Source: Malacoraja senta
Lineage: Eukaryota
Reading direction: 5' to 3'
Length of the DNA: 64,000 bases
Assembly: GCA_038087875.1 (NCBI GenBank)
Contig: CM075988.1
Coordinates: 4,650,001 to 4,714,000 of the forward strand
Positions 50,392-61,866 of this stretch are shown piece by piece. Each line of letters begins with the position of its first letter. The first letter of the stretch is position 1. The position numbers were made by a program, and so were the translations under genes. The notes below the pieces were generated by a model. It searched no databases, was not told the DNA's origin, and was given only the letters and a program-made list of their open reading frames with translations.

Positions 50392-50911
50392 TAACTCAGC
50401 GGGTTAGGCAGCATCACTGGATAGAAGGAATGGGTGACGTTTCGGGTCAATAAAACCTTCTGCAGACCGGAAATATCACCCATTCCTTCTAATAGGAGAC
50501 GCTGCCTGAGTTACTCCAGGATTTTGTGTCTATCTTTGGTATAAACCAGTATCTGTAGTTCCTTCCTACACAACACATGAATGTAACTATCCATCCCTTA
50601 CCTATATACCTTCTCGCCAGAGATGCTGCCTGACCCACTGAGTTGCTCCAGCATTTTGTGTTCATCTCTCCCGACATAGCTTGGAGGATGCACATTAGAC
50701 TTTGTTGAATTCAGAGTACCATCCGTACGTCAAGGCATGAGTTTGTGTCCCAGGTGCACGACTTGAAATGAAATTTTAATGTGAAGAACTAATTCCTTGT
50801 GAAGGTAGACAAAAATGCTGGAGAAACTCAGCGGGTGAGGCAGTATCTATGGAGCGAAGGAATGGGTGATGTTTCGGCTCGAGCCCCTTCTTCAGACATG
50901 TGATGTGCGTT

Positions 50912-51760
50912 CAACAACAACAACAACAACAACATTCAGTTTTATTCGTCACATTGCACATAAGGTGCAAGTGAAATTAATTTGCCAGCAGCGGTACAAT
51001 GAGAAAGAACACACAAAAACCCACTCAAAATGTAACACAAATATCCACCACAGCATTCATCACTGTGGTGGAAGGCACAAAATTTGGCCAGTCCTCCTCC
51101 ATTTTCCCCCGTGGTCGGGACCTCAACCCTCCGCAGCCGCCGCTGTGGGCGTCCAGATGTACAGACAGGTAAAAGTCCAGGTAAGTCCAGAATTGGCTCT
51201 TCCCCACCGGAGACCGCGGCTTCAGGTTGGTGTAGGCTGCAGGCCGGCGGTCGAAGATTTAAAGTCCCCGCCGCGCCAGCCAGAAGCACCGCAGGCCGCA
51301 GGGCCGGCATTCGAAGCTCCCCTCCAGGGAACCCTGGCGAGGGACCCCGCTCCTGATGGTAAGTCCACGCCGGGCCCGCGGTAGAAGTTGGCCGCGGGCT
51401 GGCAGTGGTGGCTTCTTCTTTTCCCGGGTCCCCCCACGAGGGATCCCAGGCTGCGGACGCCGCGCCAGCTGGAACTCTGCAGACCACGGCTTCAGGCTGC
51501 CGGCTGCCGCAGGCCAGCGAAACGGAGCGCTCCCCTCCGGCGAGCCCCAGCGAGGGCTCGCCCGCTCCGCGCCGAGACTCCGCGCTGCGCCCGCCGCAGA
51601 AGCCCAGGGCTCGTCTGCATGGAAAGGCCGCCCGATCCTCGTTGCTAGGCCACGGGGGAGGCGACATGGAAAAAGTCGCCTCTCCATGGAGGAGGCGACC
51701 AAAACGGTATCCCCCTCACCCCCCCACACACCCCCCACACAAGACACACATGGAAACATT
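50912..51760 (-). mobile_element. CpG-rich non-autonomous retroposon with (TTG)n tail
   Basis: (CAA)n then TTTATTCGTCAC; GGAAGGCACAAA..CCAGTCC motif shared with 40725-40752. Confidence 0.6.
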
Positions 51761-51774
51761 CTTCTTGTTCAAAG

Positions 51775-51920
51775 GCAGCTTTCTAATCCAGATCCAACGC
51801 AGCTATTACAATTCTACGATCAACTCCTACAACCTGGTATCCTTCAGAGACAAGGTAAACAAACTTGATTTTCCGAGACTGGAACTGCAACTGTTCCAAG
51901 ATTTCTTCCCTAAACAATAA
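51775..51920 (+). CDS. Candidate exon, possibly terminal (xSFLIQIQRSYYNSTINSYNLVSFRDKVNKLDFPRLELQLFQDFFPKQ*)
   Basis: Acceptor TTCTTCTTGTTCAAAG; open frame to TAA; AATAAA at ~52011; alternative donor AAG|GTAAAC after 51854. Confidence 0.3.
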
Positions 51921-52399
51921 CTTCCAGTTCTTATGAATCCTGCTACTCCCTCTCACCAAAGTCCAAACCCATAATAACATCACCGCATATGATGCATGGA
52001 ATGTGAATGCAATAAAGTTTCCCCTGAACAAACCTCATATAAAAGCTCTCTTGAAGGTTTAGCTGGTGATCGGTTTAATGTGATATCTCTTGCATGATAT
52101 TGTAGGCCACAAAACACATTTTTTTTTGTGGCCAGATGGTCAGTGTGATGACTGACTATATATTTGTGTTCACATTTATTCATAACTGAGCACGTCTCAG
52201 CACTTGAATGATTGTTTGAAATCTTAACACAAAGTTATACAAACTTTGGTGGGCCTCATGAGGCAATTTATCTAACGTAGAATAAAGAATAGTAGGGAAG
52301 ACAGATACACAATGCTGGAGTAACTCAGCAGCGACAGGCAGCATCTCTGGAGAGAAGGATTGGCTGACATTTTGGTTTGATACCGTTCTTCAGTCTGAG

Positions 52400-53070
52400 A
52401 ATAATACAGCTCAGTAACAGGCCCTTCGGCCCACAATGTCCATGCTGAACATGATGCCAAGTTAAACTAACCTCTTCTCCTGCATGAGACCCAGACCCCC
52501 CCCCCCCACTCCCTCCAGATCCATCTGCCTATCGAAAAGCTTCTTAAATACCACTATCATATCTGCCTCCACCACCAACCTTTGACATTTCCACCCTGGG
52601 AAAAAGGTTTTGACTGTCTACCCTATCTATGCCGCTCATAATTTTATAAACTTCTATCAAGTGTCTTCTCAGCCTTGATATTGCAGAGAACACAACCCAA
52701 GTGTGTCCAACCTCTCCTTATTGCTAATACTCTCTTGTCCAGGCAGCATTCTGCAGCCTCCCCAAAGACTCAACATTGTTCCAGTAATGGGGTGACAAGA
52801 ACTGCACACAATACTCCAAATGCAGCCTAAACAAAGCTCCATAAAGCTGCAGCATAACATTCTGACTCTTATACTCAGTGTCCCGACCAATGAAGGCAAG
52901 TATAGCATATGGACTTGGAATGCAAGATTCCTCTGCACATCAATGCTGTTGAGGGTTATGCCATGAATTGTATACTGTCCCCTTACATTCAACCTAGCAA
53001 AGTGCAACACCTTACACTTGCTTGGATTAAACTCCATTTCTACCTTTTCTCTGCCCATTCCTGTAGTCGA
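52400..53070 (-). mobile_element. Old CR1 3' fragment
   Basis: MEFNPSKCKVLHF..YTIHGITLNS..ERLDTLGL. Confidence 0.8.
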
Positions 53071-53659
53071 CCGATACCTCACTTGAATCGCACACCTCCA
53101 GATTCAGGGACAGTTTATTTCCAGCTGTTATCAGGCAATTGAATCATCCTACCACAACCAGAGGGCAGTGCTGAACTACTATGTGCCTCTTTGATGTCCC
53201 TCGGGGGTGGACTTTGCTGGCTTTACCTTGCACTAAACGTTATTCCCATATCACGTATCTATACACTGTAAATGGATTGATTGTTTGATTGCCTGTCCCG
53301 TTGAGTTACTCCAGCATTTGGTGCCTATCATGAGAAAATCTTATCATGTAGACTCCTCTTCTATAATCTTGGGAATGATCCTTGCACCCTTCTGCACCCT
53401 CTCCTCTCAAAGGTGCAAATGCACTTTTCTGGCGAGCAAGGGTTTAAGATCAAATTAATGCCAGAAGCGTGAATCTCACAATGAGACTGCAATGCATGAA
53501 AACATTCAATCACTGTAGCAAATATTTCAGAATTTCACCTCACTTAATCTCTTTAATACATCAAGCTTACATTCAATGATTGTAAAAAAAAAACTTTAGA
53601 TATTCCTGAGAATAAGAAAGGATAATGGAAAATAAATGGAAACCTTTCTTTATACATTA

Positions 53660-53945
53660 GTTTCGTTTATAGTTTAGAGATACAGCGTGTACACAGGCCC
53701 GTTGGCCCACCGAGTCCGCGCTGACCAACAATCACACTAGTGCTATCCTACCCTCTGGCGACAATTCACAGAAGCCATTTAACCTGCAAGTCTTTGGGAT
53801 GTGGGAGGAAACCGTAAGTACCCCGAGAAAACCTACAGGGTCACAGGGATAAGGTACAATCCCTGTACACACAGGACCCATAGTCAGGATTGAATGTGGG
53901 TCTCTGGCACTGTGAGGCAGTGACTCTACCGCTGCACCACTGTAC
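53660..53945 (-). mobile_element. V-SINE
   Basis: SINE motifs on minus. Confidence 0.8.
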
Positions 53946-54024
53946 CTCCCAATTAGTTCTCTTCTATTTCTCATCCCCAATTCCCTCATTTCACTTTTAT
54001 CCACACTCTCTTTTAATCTTTTTT

Positions 54025-54802
54025 ATGTGGGGGGGGGGGGGGGGGGGGGAGGAGGAAACAGTTTTCTTACATGCCTTTCCGGGAATCGCCGAGTTGTAGC
54101 TAGGACTGCCGACTTTGATCACCGTGGAGCTGTGGTCTGCGGAACTCCCAGCCGCTGACTTTCCAGCTGCTGGCGGCGCTGACTTTGACATCGCGGAGCC
54201 TGGGATCTCTCCCTGAGGTCGCCAGCATTGAATCTCCGCCCAGCTCAGCCTGTGGACATCAGAAGCCGCGGTCTCCAGTAGGAAGCTCAGGGCCGCTGAG
54301 AGTGTTCTTCCATTCAAGGGCCTAAAACATCGGGGCCCGTTGCGGCAACTGCGGAGGCCTCAATAGGCCCCGACCACGGGTGAACGGAGGAAGAGGACTG
54401 GTGCCTTCCCTCACAGTGGGAAATGTTGATTCCGCTGAGGGGAGGATGTTTTTTTTATGTTTTTTGACCTACGACTACCCACGACTACCATCACGACCTA
54501 CTACGATCTACCTACAACTTACCTATGAGTAAAAAGTATCAATTTTTTCCATGTCGACCTTTTTTTTACTCGTGAACATTTTTTATCAGGCTGGAAAAAA
54601 TGCCGCGACCTACTTGAGGCCACGAGTACGCGGAGACCACTAACGAGCATGAGGAAGAGTTACGAAGACCTCCTACGACCTCGTGGCGACCATGCTGCGA
54701 GTATGAGTCAAGGTCAAACTTGGCAGAGGTCGCCAATTAGGTCGTGAAAGTGGGACAGGGGCTTAACTCAAATTCCACTGTTGGGGGTATGTGACAATAA
54801 AT
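54025..54802 (+). mobile_element. CpG-rich retroposon interrupted by a partial Harbinger-type MITE of family 2 (54465-54763)
   Basis: GGACTGGTGCCTTCCCTCACAGTGGG motif; GTATGTGACAATAAA end; MITE right TIR AAGTGGGACAGGGGCT|TAA. Confidence 0.6.
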
Positions 54803-55059
54803 GTCCTTTTTCCTTTTGTCCTTTGTCTCACCTCCCTCCTGTACACTTCCACCTATAACCGTCTCCCATGTTATTCTTCATCTTGTCTCCTTTTGTCTCC
54901 TACACACCTCGAGCCATTTGTCACTAACTCCATCCATCTGCAAACATCCCCCCTCCTCACCTGTATCACCTGTCACTTGCCAGACGTTTGACCTACCCTT
55001 ACCACTCTTTTCCAGCTCCCCCCCCCCCCCCCCGCTTTACTCTCAAGTAAGCAGTAAGA

Positions 55060-55440
55060 TGCAGTAGGATGCTGCAGATGTTTTATCAATCGGTGGTGGC
55101 CAGTGCCATCTTCTTCGCTGCCATGTGCTGGGGAACCAGGGCGAAGGCCGTGGATGCCAACAGAATCAACAACCTCATTAGGGAGGCTGGCTCTGTTGTC
55201 CTGGGGCTGTTGGATTCATTGGAGATGGTCTCGGAAAGGAGGATGCTCCTCAAACTGTGGAGCATCTTGGACATTACAGCTCAGCCCCTCCATGACACAC
55301 TGGTCGACCCGAGGAGTACCTTCAGCAACAGACTGGTTCCACCAAGATGCAGCACAGAAAACCACAGGAGATCCTTCTTCCCTGTGGCTATCAAACTGTA
55401 CAACTCCATCCCCTTCTGTCGTGGGGTAGACTGAGTGATT
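55060..55440 (+). mobile_element. Rex1/Babar LINE 3' fragment
   Basis: MLQMFYQSVVASAIFFAAMCWG..RRSFFPVAIKLYNS. Confidence 0.85.
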
Positions 55441-55547
55441 CGCCATCTTTGAACATCCCTCATCCTGGACTTCTCCACTCGAAAATTTAATTTCACATCT
55501 GTGCAATATTACATATGTGCTGTGCAATAACTGGTCCCTTAAACTTC

Positions 55548-55808
55548 AATAGACAATAGGTGCAGGAGTAGGCCATTCAGCCCTTCGAGCCAACACCGTC
55601 ATTCAATATGATCATGGCTGATCATCCCCAATCAGTACCCCGTTCCTGCCTTCTCCCCATATCCCCTGACTCCGCTATCTTTAAGAGCCCTATCTAGCTC
55701 TCTCTTGAAAGCATCCAGAGAACCTGCCTCCACCGCCCTCTGAGGCAGAGAATTCCACAGACTCACCACTCTCTGTGAGAAAAAGTATTTCCTCGTATCC
55801 GTTCTAAT
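55548..55808 (-). mobile_element. CR1 3' fragment
   Basis: Near-identical to 21152-21415. Confidence 0.9.
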
Positions 55809-56834
55809 TTCATTATTATTATGATATACATAACACTTTCAATGCCTTGTAACTCGATCTTTTGACTGGAGGCAGACCGATTTCCCTCCGGGATAAATAA
55901 AGTTGAATCGTATCATATGGTATCGTACCGTAACAAGGGTCCTGACCTAAAGCGCCACCTTGCGCATTTCCTCCACAGATGCTGCCTGACCCACAGCTTC
56001 TTGAGTTCCTCCAGCATTTGTATTTTGCTTTCTTTTTTCTTGTCCTCAGCCCACGCACCTCCTGTGATAACATTAAAGTGTAGTGAGACTAGGCAGGTAG
56101 AGCAAAATATTCTTTGTTAACAAAAACAAATGCTCGAAACACCGCGTACCTAGTCTAGAACTAATGATTACAGCTCCTGTGAAGGCGAGGAGCGCTAACT
56201 ACTAATTACTCTCAAAAGCCCACGAACGAACCCACAGTCCCGACCAATGATGAGGGTTCTGAATACCCAGCCCCACCACTAGGTGCTGCTACAAAAGTAT
56301 ATTTTAAATCATTTCAATGACACTTCATTGTCACATGTGTCCGGGTGCAGAGACATTCTTTGTTTTTGTGTACAATACACATAGTACACAGTCACCACGC
56401 TCCTGGCTCTGACAAAGTTACAAAAGTACCAGAATAGAATAGAATATAAAACATTATTGCCACATGTGACAGGCCACAGTAAAATCCTTTGCTTGCGCAC
56501 CAAGGCAAAGAACTACAGATGCTGGTTTAAACCAAAGCGAGACACAAAAAGCTGGAGTAACTCAGCGGGTCAAACAGCATCTCTGGAGAGAAGGTATAGT
56601 TTTTGTTTCCTGTCGAGTCTGAAGAAGGGTCTCAATCCCAAACATCACCTATTCCTTTTCTCCACTGATGCTGTCTGACCCACTGAGTTACTCCAGCTTT
56701 ATGTGTCTACTTACACCATGTCTGTGCTTGCACTGCAACAGACTGCCCCTATTGTTTTTAGAGATTCAAATAGTACAGAAGCAGTCTCTTCAGCCTGCAC
56801 TACTTACCAGGCACCCTTCTACACTAACCCATCT

Positions 56835-58088
56835 CCATTTTAACAAACTCATCAGGAAGGCTGGCTCCGTCCTGGGGGTGGAGTTGGATTCATGGGAGGT
56901 GGTCTTGGAGGGAAGGATGCTACTCAAACTGCAGAGCATCCTGGACAACACAGCTCATCCCCTCCATGATACCCTGGTCCATCTAAGGATTACCTTCAGC
57001 AACATAGAAACATAGAAACATAGAAACATAGAAACATAGAAACATAGAAACATAGAAAATAGATGCAGGAGGAGGCCATTCGGCCCTTCGAGCCAGCACC
57101 GCCATTCATTGTGATCATGGCTGATCCTCCCCAATCAATAACCCGTGCCTGCCTTCTCCCCATATCTCTTGATTCCACTAGCCCCTAGAGCTCTATCTAA
57201 CTCTCTCTTAAATCCATCCAGTGATTTGGCCTCCACTGCCCTCTGTGGCAGGGAATTCCACAAATCCACAACTCTCTGGGTGAAAAAGTTTATTCTCACC
57301 TCAGTCTTAAATGGCCTCCCCTTTATTCTAAGACTGTGCCCCCTGGTTCTGGACTTGCCCAACACTGGGAACATTTTTCCTGCATCTAGCTTGTCCAGTC
57401 CTTTTATAATTGTATATGTTTCTATAAGATTCCCCCTCATCCTTCTAACTCCAGTGAATACAAGCCTAGTCTTTCCAAACTTTCCTCATATGACAGTCAC
57501 GCCATCCCAGGGATCAATCTCGTGAACCTACACAGCACTGCCTCAATCACACGGATGTCCTTCCTCAAATTAGGAGACCAAAACTGTACACAATACCCTA
57601 GGTGTGGTCTTACCAGAGCCCTATACAACTGCAGAAGAACCTCTTTACTCCTATACTGAAATCCTCTTGTTATGAAGGCCAACATTCCATTAGCTTTCTT
57701 CACTGCCTGCTGTACCTGCACGCCAACTTTCAGTGACTGGTGTACAAGGACACCCAGGTATCGCTGTACCCCCCCCCCTTACCTAACCTAGGGTTAGAAC
57801 AGGGGGAGACTGGTTCCACCAAGATGCAGAATGACATAGGAGATCCTTCTTCCCTGTGGTGATTAAACTGTACAACTCTTCCACCTTCTGTCGTGAGGTA
57901 GACTGAGACAGACTTCCCTCCCACCCCCCCACCTCCCACCCCACTCCCGCTCACTCCACAATCTTTGCACATCCCCGATTATTTCCACTCGTCACTTTAT
58001 TTTCATGTTTCATGTATTTTGTGTTTTTATGACTGTTGGCAGATCAATTTCCCTCCTGGGGTAAATAATATTGAATCATATTGTATCG
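56835..58088 (+). mobile_element. Rex1/Babar 3' fragment split by an antisense CR1 (57004-57790)
   Basis: CTTCAGCAAC..AGACTGGTTCCACC continuity; CR1 with about 7 copies of the ATAGAAAC tail and LYRALVRPHL. Confidence 0.85.
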
Positions 58089-58439
58089 TAACTCCTGCCC
58101 AGATTCTACCACATACTTGCAAGCATGGAGCAATTTACAGAGGCCAATTAACCTACCAACACACACATCTTTTGATGTGGGAAGGATAAAGATTAGCCGG
58201 GGGGAACCCATACCACCATGGGGAGAATGTGTAAACCTCACTTTCAAATTTAAACCTTGTCCCGTTCAAGAGTCAAGAGTCAAGAGTGTTTTATTGTCCC
58301 AGATAGAACAATAAAGTTTGTACTTGCTGCAGCACAACAGAATATTTAAACATAGTACACTGTAAACAATATAATAAATGCCAGAGAAAAAAAAAAGTTC
58401 AGTGTGCGAATGTACACATACTCACAAATACACAAACCG

Positions 58440-59670
58440 AATTCAAGTGCAGTTTCATACCACTTCAAGCAGGGTGCAAGGCCACCAAATTCAAGTGCAG
58501 TTTCATACCACTTTCAGCAGGGTGCAAGGCCACCAAATTCAGTGCAGTTTCATACCACTTCAAGCAGGGTGCAAGGCCGCCAAATACAAGTGCAGTTTCA
58601 TTCCACTTCAAGCAAGGTGCAAGGCCACCAAATTCAAGTGCAGTTTCATACCATTTCAAGCTGGGTGCAAGGCCACCAAATTCAAATGCAGCTTCATACC
58701 ATTTCATGCAGGGTGCAACGCCACCACATTCAAATGCAGTTACATGCCATTTCATGCAGGGTGCAAGGCCACCACATTCAAATGCAGTTTCATACCATTT
58801 CAAGCAGGGTGAAACCACCATAAAACCACCATAAAACCACCATAAAACCAAACAAAACACCAAACTCACAGTTCAGTAGACATTCAGTGTGTTCAGTTGA
58901 TTCATAGCTCAGACAGTCGTGACCTCTCCCTCCCCCATCATGCAGAGACTGAGCCACACCCACACTTCCGGGTTTAATAACCTCTCCCCCTCGAAAAGAT
59001 GTGGCCTTCATGGCGTGATTGACAGGGGAGAGATTCTCAAAATTTTTAAACACTTATAACACTTTTATTTTTCATTGATGGGACGAATCCTCTGCACCTA
59101 CTGAACGGAGGGGGACTGAGTAAGATGGCCAAAAATCACAGCCGTAAGTGGTAGCGTTTTATCTAAAATCAATATAGAGTGCAAACAGGAAGTTAGCCAA
59201 AGCACCCAAACCACCATTTGCAGTAGTGCCTTTTAACTTCAAGCCATAGCACCCAAACCACCATTTGCAGGCAGTGCCTTTTTACTTCAAACCAACCATA
59301 TTTTCATTTTCAAACCACATTAAGGGCACTCACAGTTGAGTAGACATGTGTTCAGTGTTATTCAGAGCTCAGAGAGACGTGTCCTTCTGGCTTACTCCAT
59401 CTTGCAGAGACTGAGTGAGGCACACCACTTCCTGGTTTTATAGTTTCTCCCCCTCCCTCCAGAAGGGGCAGCAGAGAGAATGGCAAATTATTTAAACACA
59501 TTAATATCTCTCTGATTTTTCATCGATGGGAAAAATCCTCTGGTCCAGGAAGGCGGAGGGGGGCTCTGAACGAGGTGGCCAAAAATGACGGCCGTAGGTG
59601 ACGCCGTTCTCTCGGAAATCACACCGCAGCGAGCCAAAAGCGGTCAAGATCAGACTTTTAGTAATATAGA
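58440..59670 (-). mobile_element. Non-autonomous Helitron-like element (3' end not seen)
   Basis: Minus-strand start A|TCTATATTACTAAAAG; internal 48-bp array and duplicated ~330-bp module; no CTRR or terminal hairpin found. Confidence 0.5.
58441..58811. repeat. 48-bp minisatellite, about 7.7 copies
   Basis: ATTCAAGTGCAGTTTCATACCACTTCAAGCAGGGTGCAAGGCCACCAA. Confidence 0.95.
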
Positions 59671-59693
59671 TATATATTATACACACATACTTA

Positions 59694-60149
59694 AGGGCCT
59701 TTCCCACTTGGGCAACCTAATCCGCGAGTTCTGCCGAGTTTGCCCTCGACTCATACTCGCAGCATGGTCGGCACGAGGTCGTAGGAGGTCTTCATAACTC
59801 TCCTTCATGCTCGAGAGTGGTCTCCGCCGACTCGAGGCCTCAGCTAGGTCGCGGTGTTTTTTTCAATATGTTAAAAAATGCCCGCGAGTAAGAAAAGGTC
59901 GCCTTGTAGGTTTAGTCGTAGTAGGTCTTAATAGGTCAGCATGTTAGTCGAGGGTAGTCGAAGGTAGTTGAAGGTAGTCGTAGATAGTCTTCATCATAGT
60001 CGAAGGGAGGTCGAAGGAGGTCATCTTCATCTCCTCTATTCTGTGTCCAATTTTCCCATAGCTAGTCGTAGCTAGTCAAAGCTAGTCTTCAACATTTTTT
60101 TCAACTCTTCTAAACTCGCCAATTAGGTCGCCCAAGTGGGACAGCCCCT
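59694..60149. mobile_element. PIF/Harbinger-type MITE, family 2
   Basis: TIR AGGG.CT.TCCCACTTGGGC.ACCTAAT; exact TTA TSD (59691-59693 and 60150-60152); internal GGTCGTAG/AGTCGAAG motifs. Confidence 0.85.
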
Positions 60150-60229
60150 TTACACACAAACAACAAACAATAGTAGTGCAATAATAACAATAATAGTCTG
60201 TGGTAGTTCAGAGTTTATTTAAGGTTGTA

Positions 60230-61735
60230 GGTGAAGAAGCGGTGGAATATGCTTCGAGACTAACGAGGCATGTGTTCAGGGAAGCAACCACAAGCCTCGA
60301 TGAATATACAAGACACCGTGACATCATATGTCATCTTTTGTGAGGACAGTTGCATTCTCACTAGGAGCTGGATCTGGTTCAACAACGACAAGCCCCGTTT
60401 ACAGCAGAACTCAGACAGCTCCGCCAGTATAAAGATGAGGCCTATAGGAGCGGGGATGCAGACGTCTACAGGCAGGCCAAGTACAAGCTGAGAAGAGGAA
60501 TCAGAGCTGCCAAGGGAAGTTGAGGAGCACGTTCTCAGCCAATGACTCCATTTCAGTGCGGAAGGGCTTGCAAGAAATCACCAGCTACAAGGAAAACCCA
60601 CCACTCCTTGGACATTCGTCAGCTGACCAACGACCTGAATGAGTACTGCTGCAGGTTCAATAGACAGAAACATAACCCCCTCCCCCCATTCCCCACCCAC
60701 TCGTCCCAAATGACCACTTCACACCCACTTACAGCCTGACTCCAGTCTGCAAAGACTGGGCCCTCGTCCACTACCCACCCCCTCTTTGCTGCCCAACATC
60801 AGTCTGGCCACATCTTCATCATTAACAATAGAAATTGAGAGGTGGAGAAGCAATTCAGGAGACAGAAAAGCAGGAAATCTCCAGGACAGGACAATGTTTC
60901 CCCTCTACCCTCAAGCTCTGTGCCGAACAACTGGCACCGGTCTACCCCACAGACAATTTCAACCAGTCCCTGCAAACCTGCACTGTCCCTGCCTGCTTTA
61001 AAGTCTCCACTATTGTTCCCTTACCCAAAAACCCAAGGATTACTGGTCTTAATGACTACAGGCCTGTCGTACTAACCTCTGTAGTCAAGAAGACCCTTGA
61101 AAGACTTGTGCTGGCCCACCTGAAAAATATCACAAACCCCCTGCTGTACCCCCTGAAGTTTGCATACCGGGCAAATAGATCTGTGGATGATGCAGTCAAC
61201 CTGGCCCTGCACTTCATCCTCCAGCACCTAGACCACCATTTTAGCTCTGCATTCAACACCATTGTGCCAGAGCTACTACACTCCAAACTCTCCCAGTTGA
61301 CTGTGCCTGAACCCCTCTGTCAGTGGATCACCAACTTCCTGACAGACAGGAAGCAGCATGTGAGGCTGGGAAAGCACATTTCGGACCCCCAGACCCTCAA
61401 TATAGGAGCACCGCAAGGCTGCATACTCTCCCCTCTCCTTTACTCTCTCTACACTAATGACTGCACCTCCACTGACTCCTCTGTCAAGCTTCTCCACACA
61501 ACCCTGCGGACAACACAACCCTGATTGGACTGATCCAGGACGGGGAGGAATCTGGCTACAGACAGGAAGTGACACAGCGGGCGCCCTGGTGCCATCCCAC
61601 CTGGAGCACAATGCTCTTAAGATAGTGGAATTGGATTGTAGACTTTAGGAGAGCTCCCCCCCCACTCACCATCAACACGGAACCATCATCTCCAGGGACC
61701 TTAAATGGGGGGCTACCATCGACTCCACAGCAGTG
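60230..61735 (+). mobile_element. Rex1/Babar LINE RT pseudogene
   Basis: [65 protein letters not shown]. Confidence 0.9.
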
Positions 61736-61866
61736 GCAGACCTACATTTATAGCGCCCTGAAGCTTGAACTGTTATGGGGCCCCTTCGCAACCACAACAA
61801 GGTCTGGGTAACCACTGTTATCTTCTTCAATGGGGTTGTTCCACGACAGATCACCACAAATTTTAA

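Noticed and set aside
50866..51760. Several overlapping 160-240-aa ORFs, or a CpG-island promoter
   Set aside because: High GC suppresses stop codons; the segment has a retroposon tail and relatives elsewhere in the window.
58378..58869. Repetitive ORFs, or a CRISPR-like array
   Set aside because: Contiguous 48-bp tandem units with no unique spacers, in a eukaryotic context with no cas genes.
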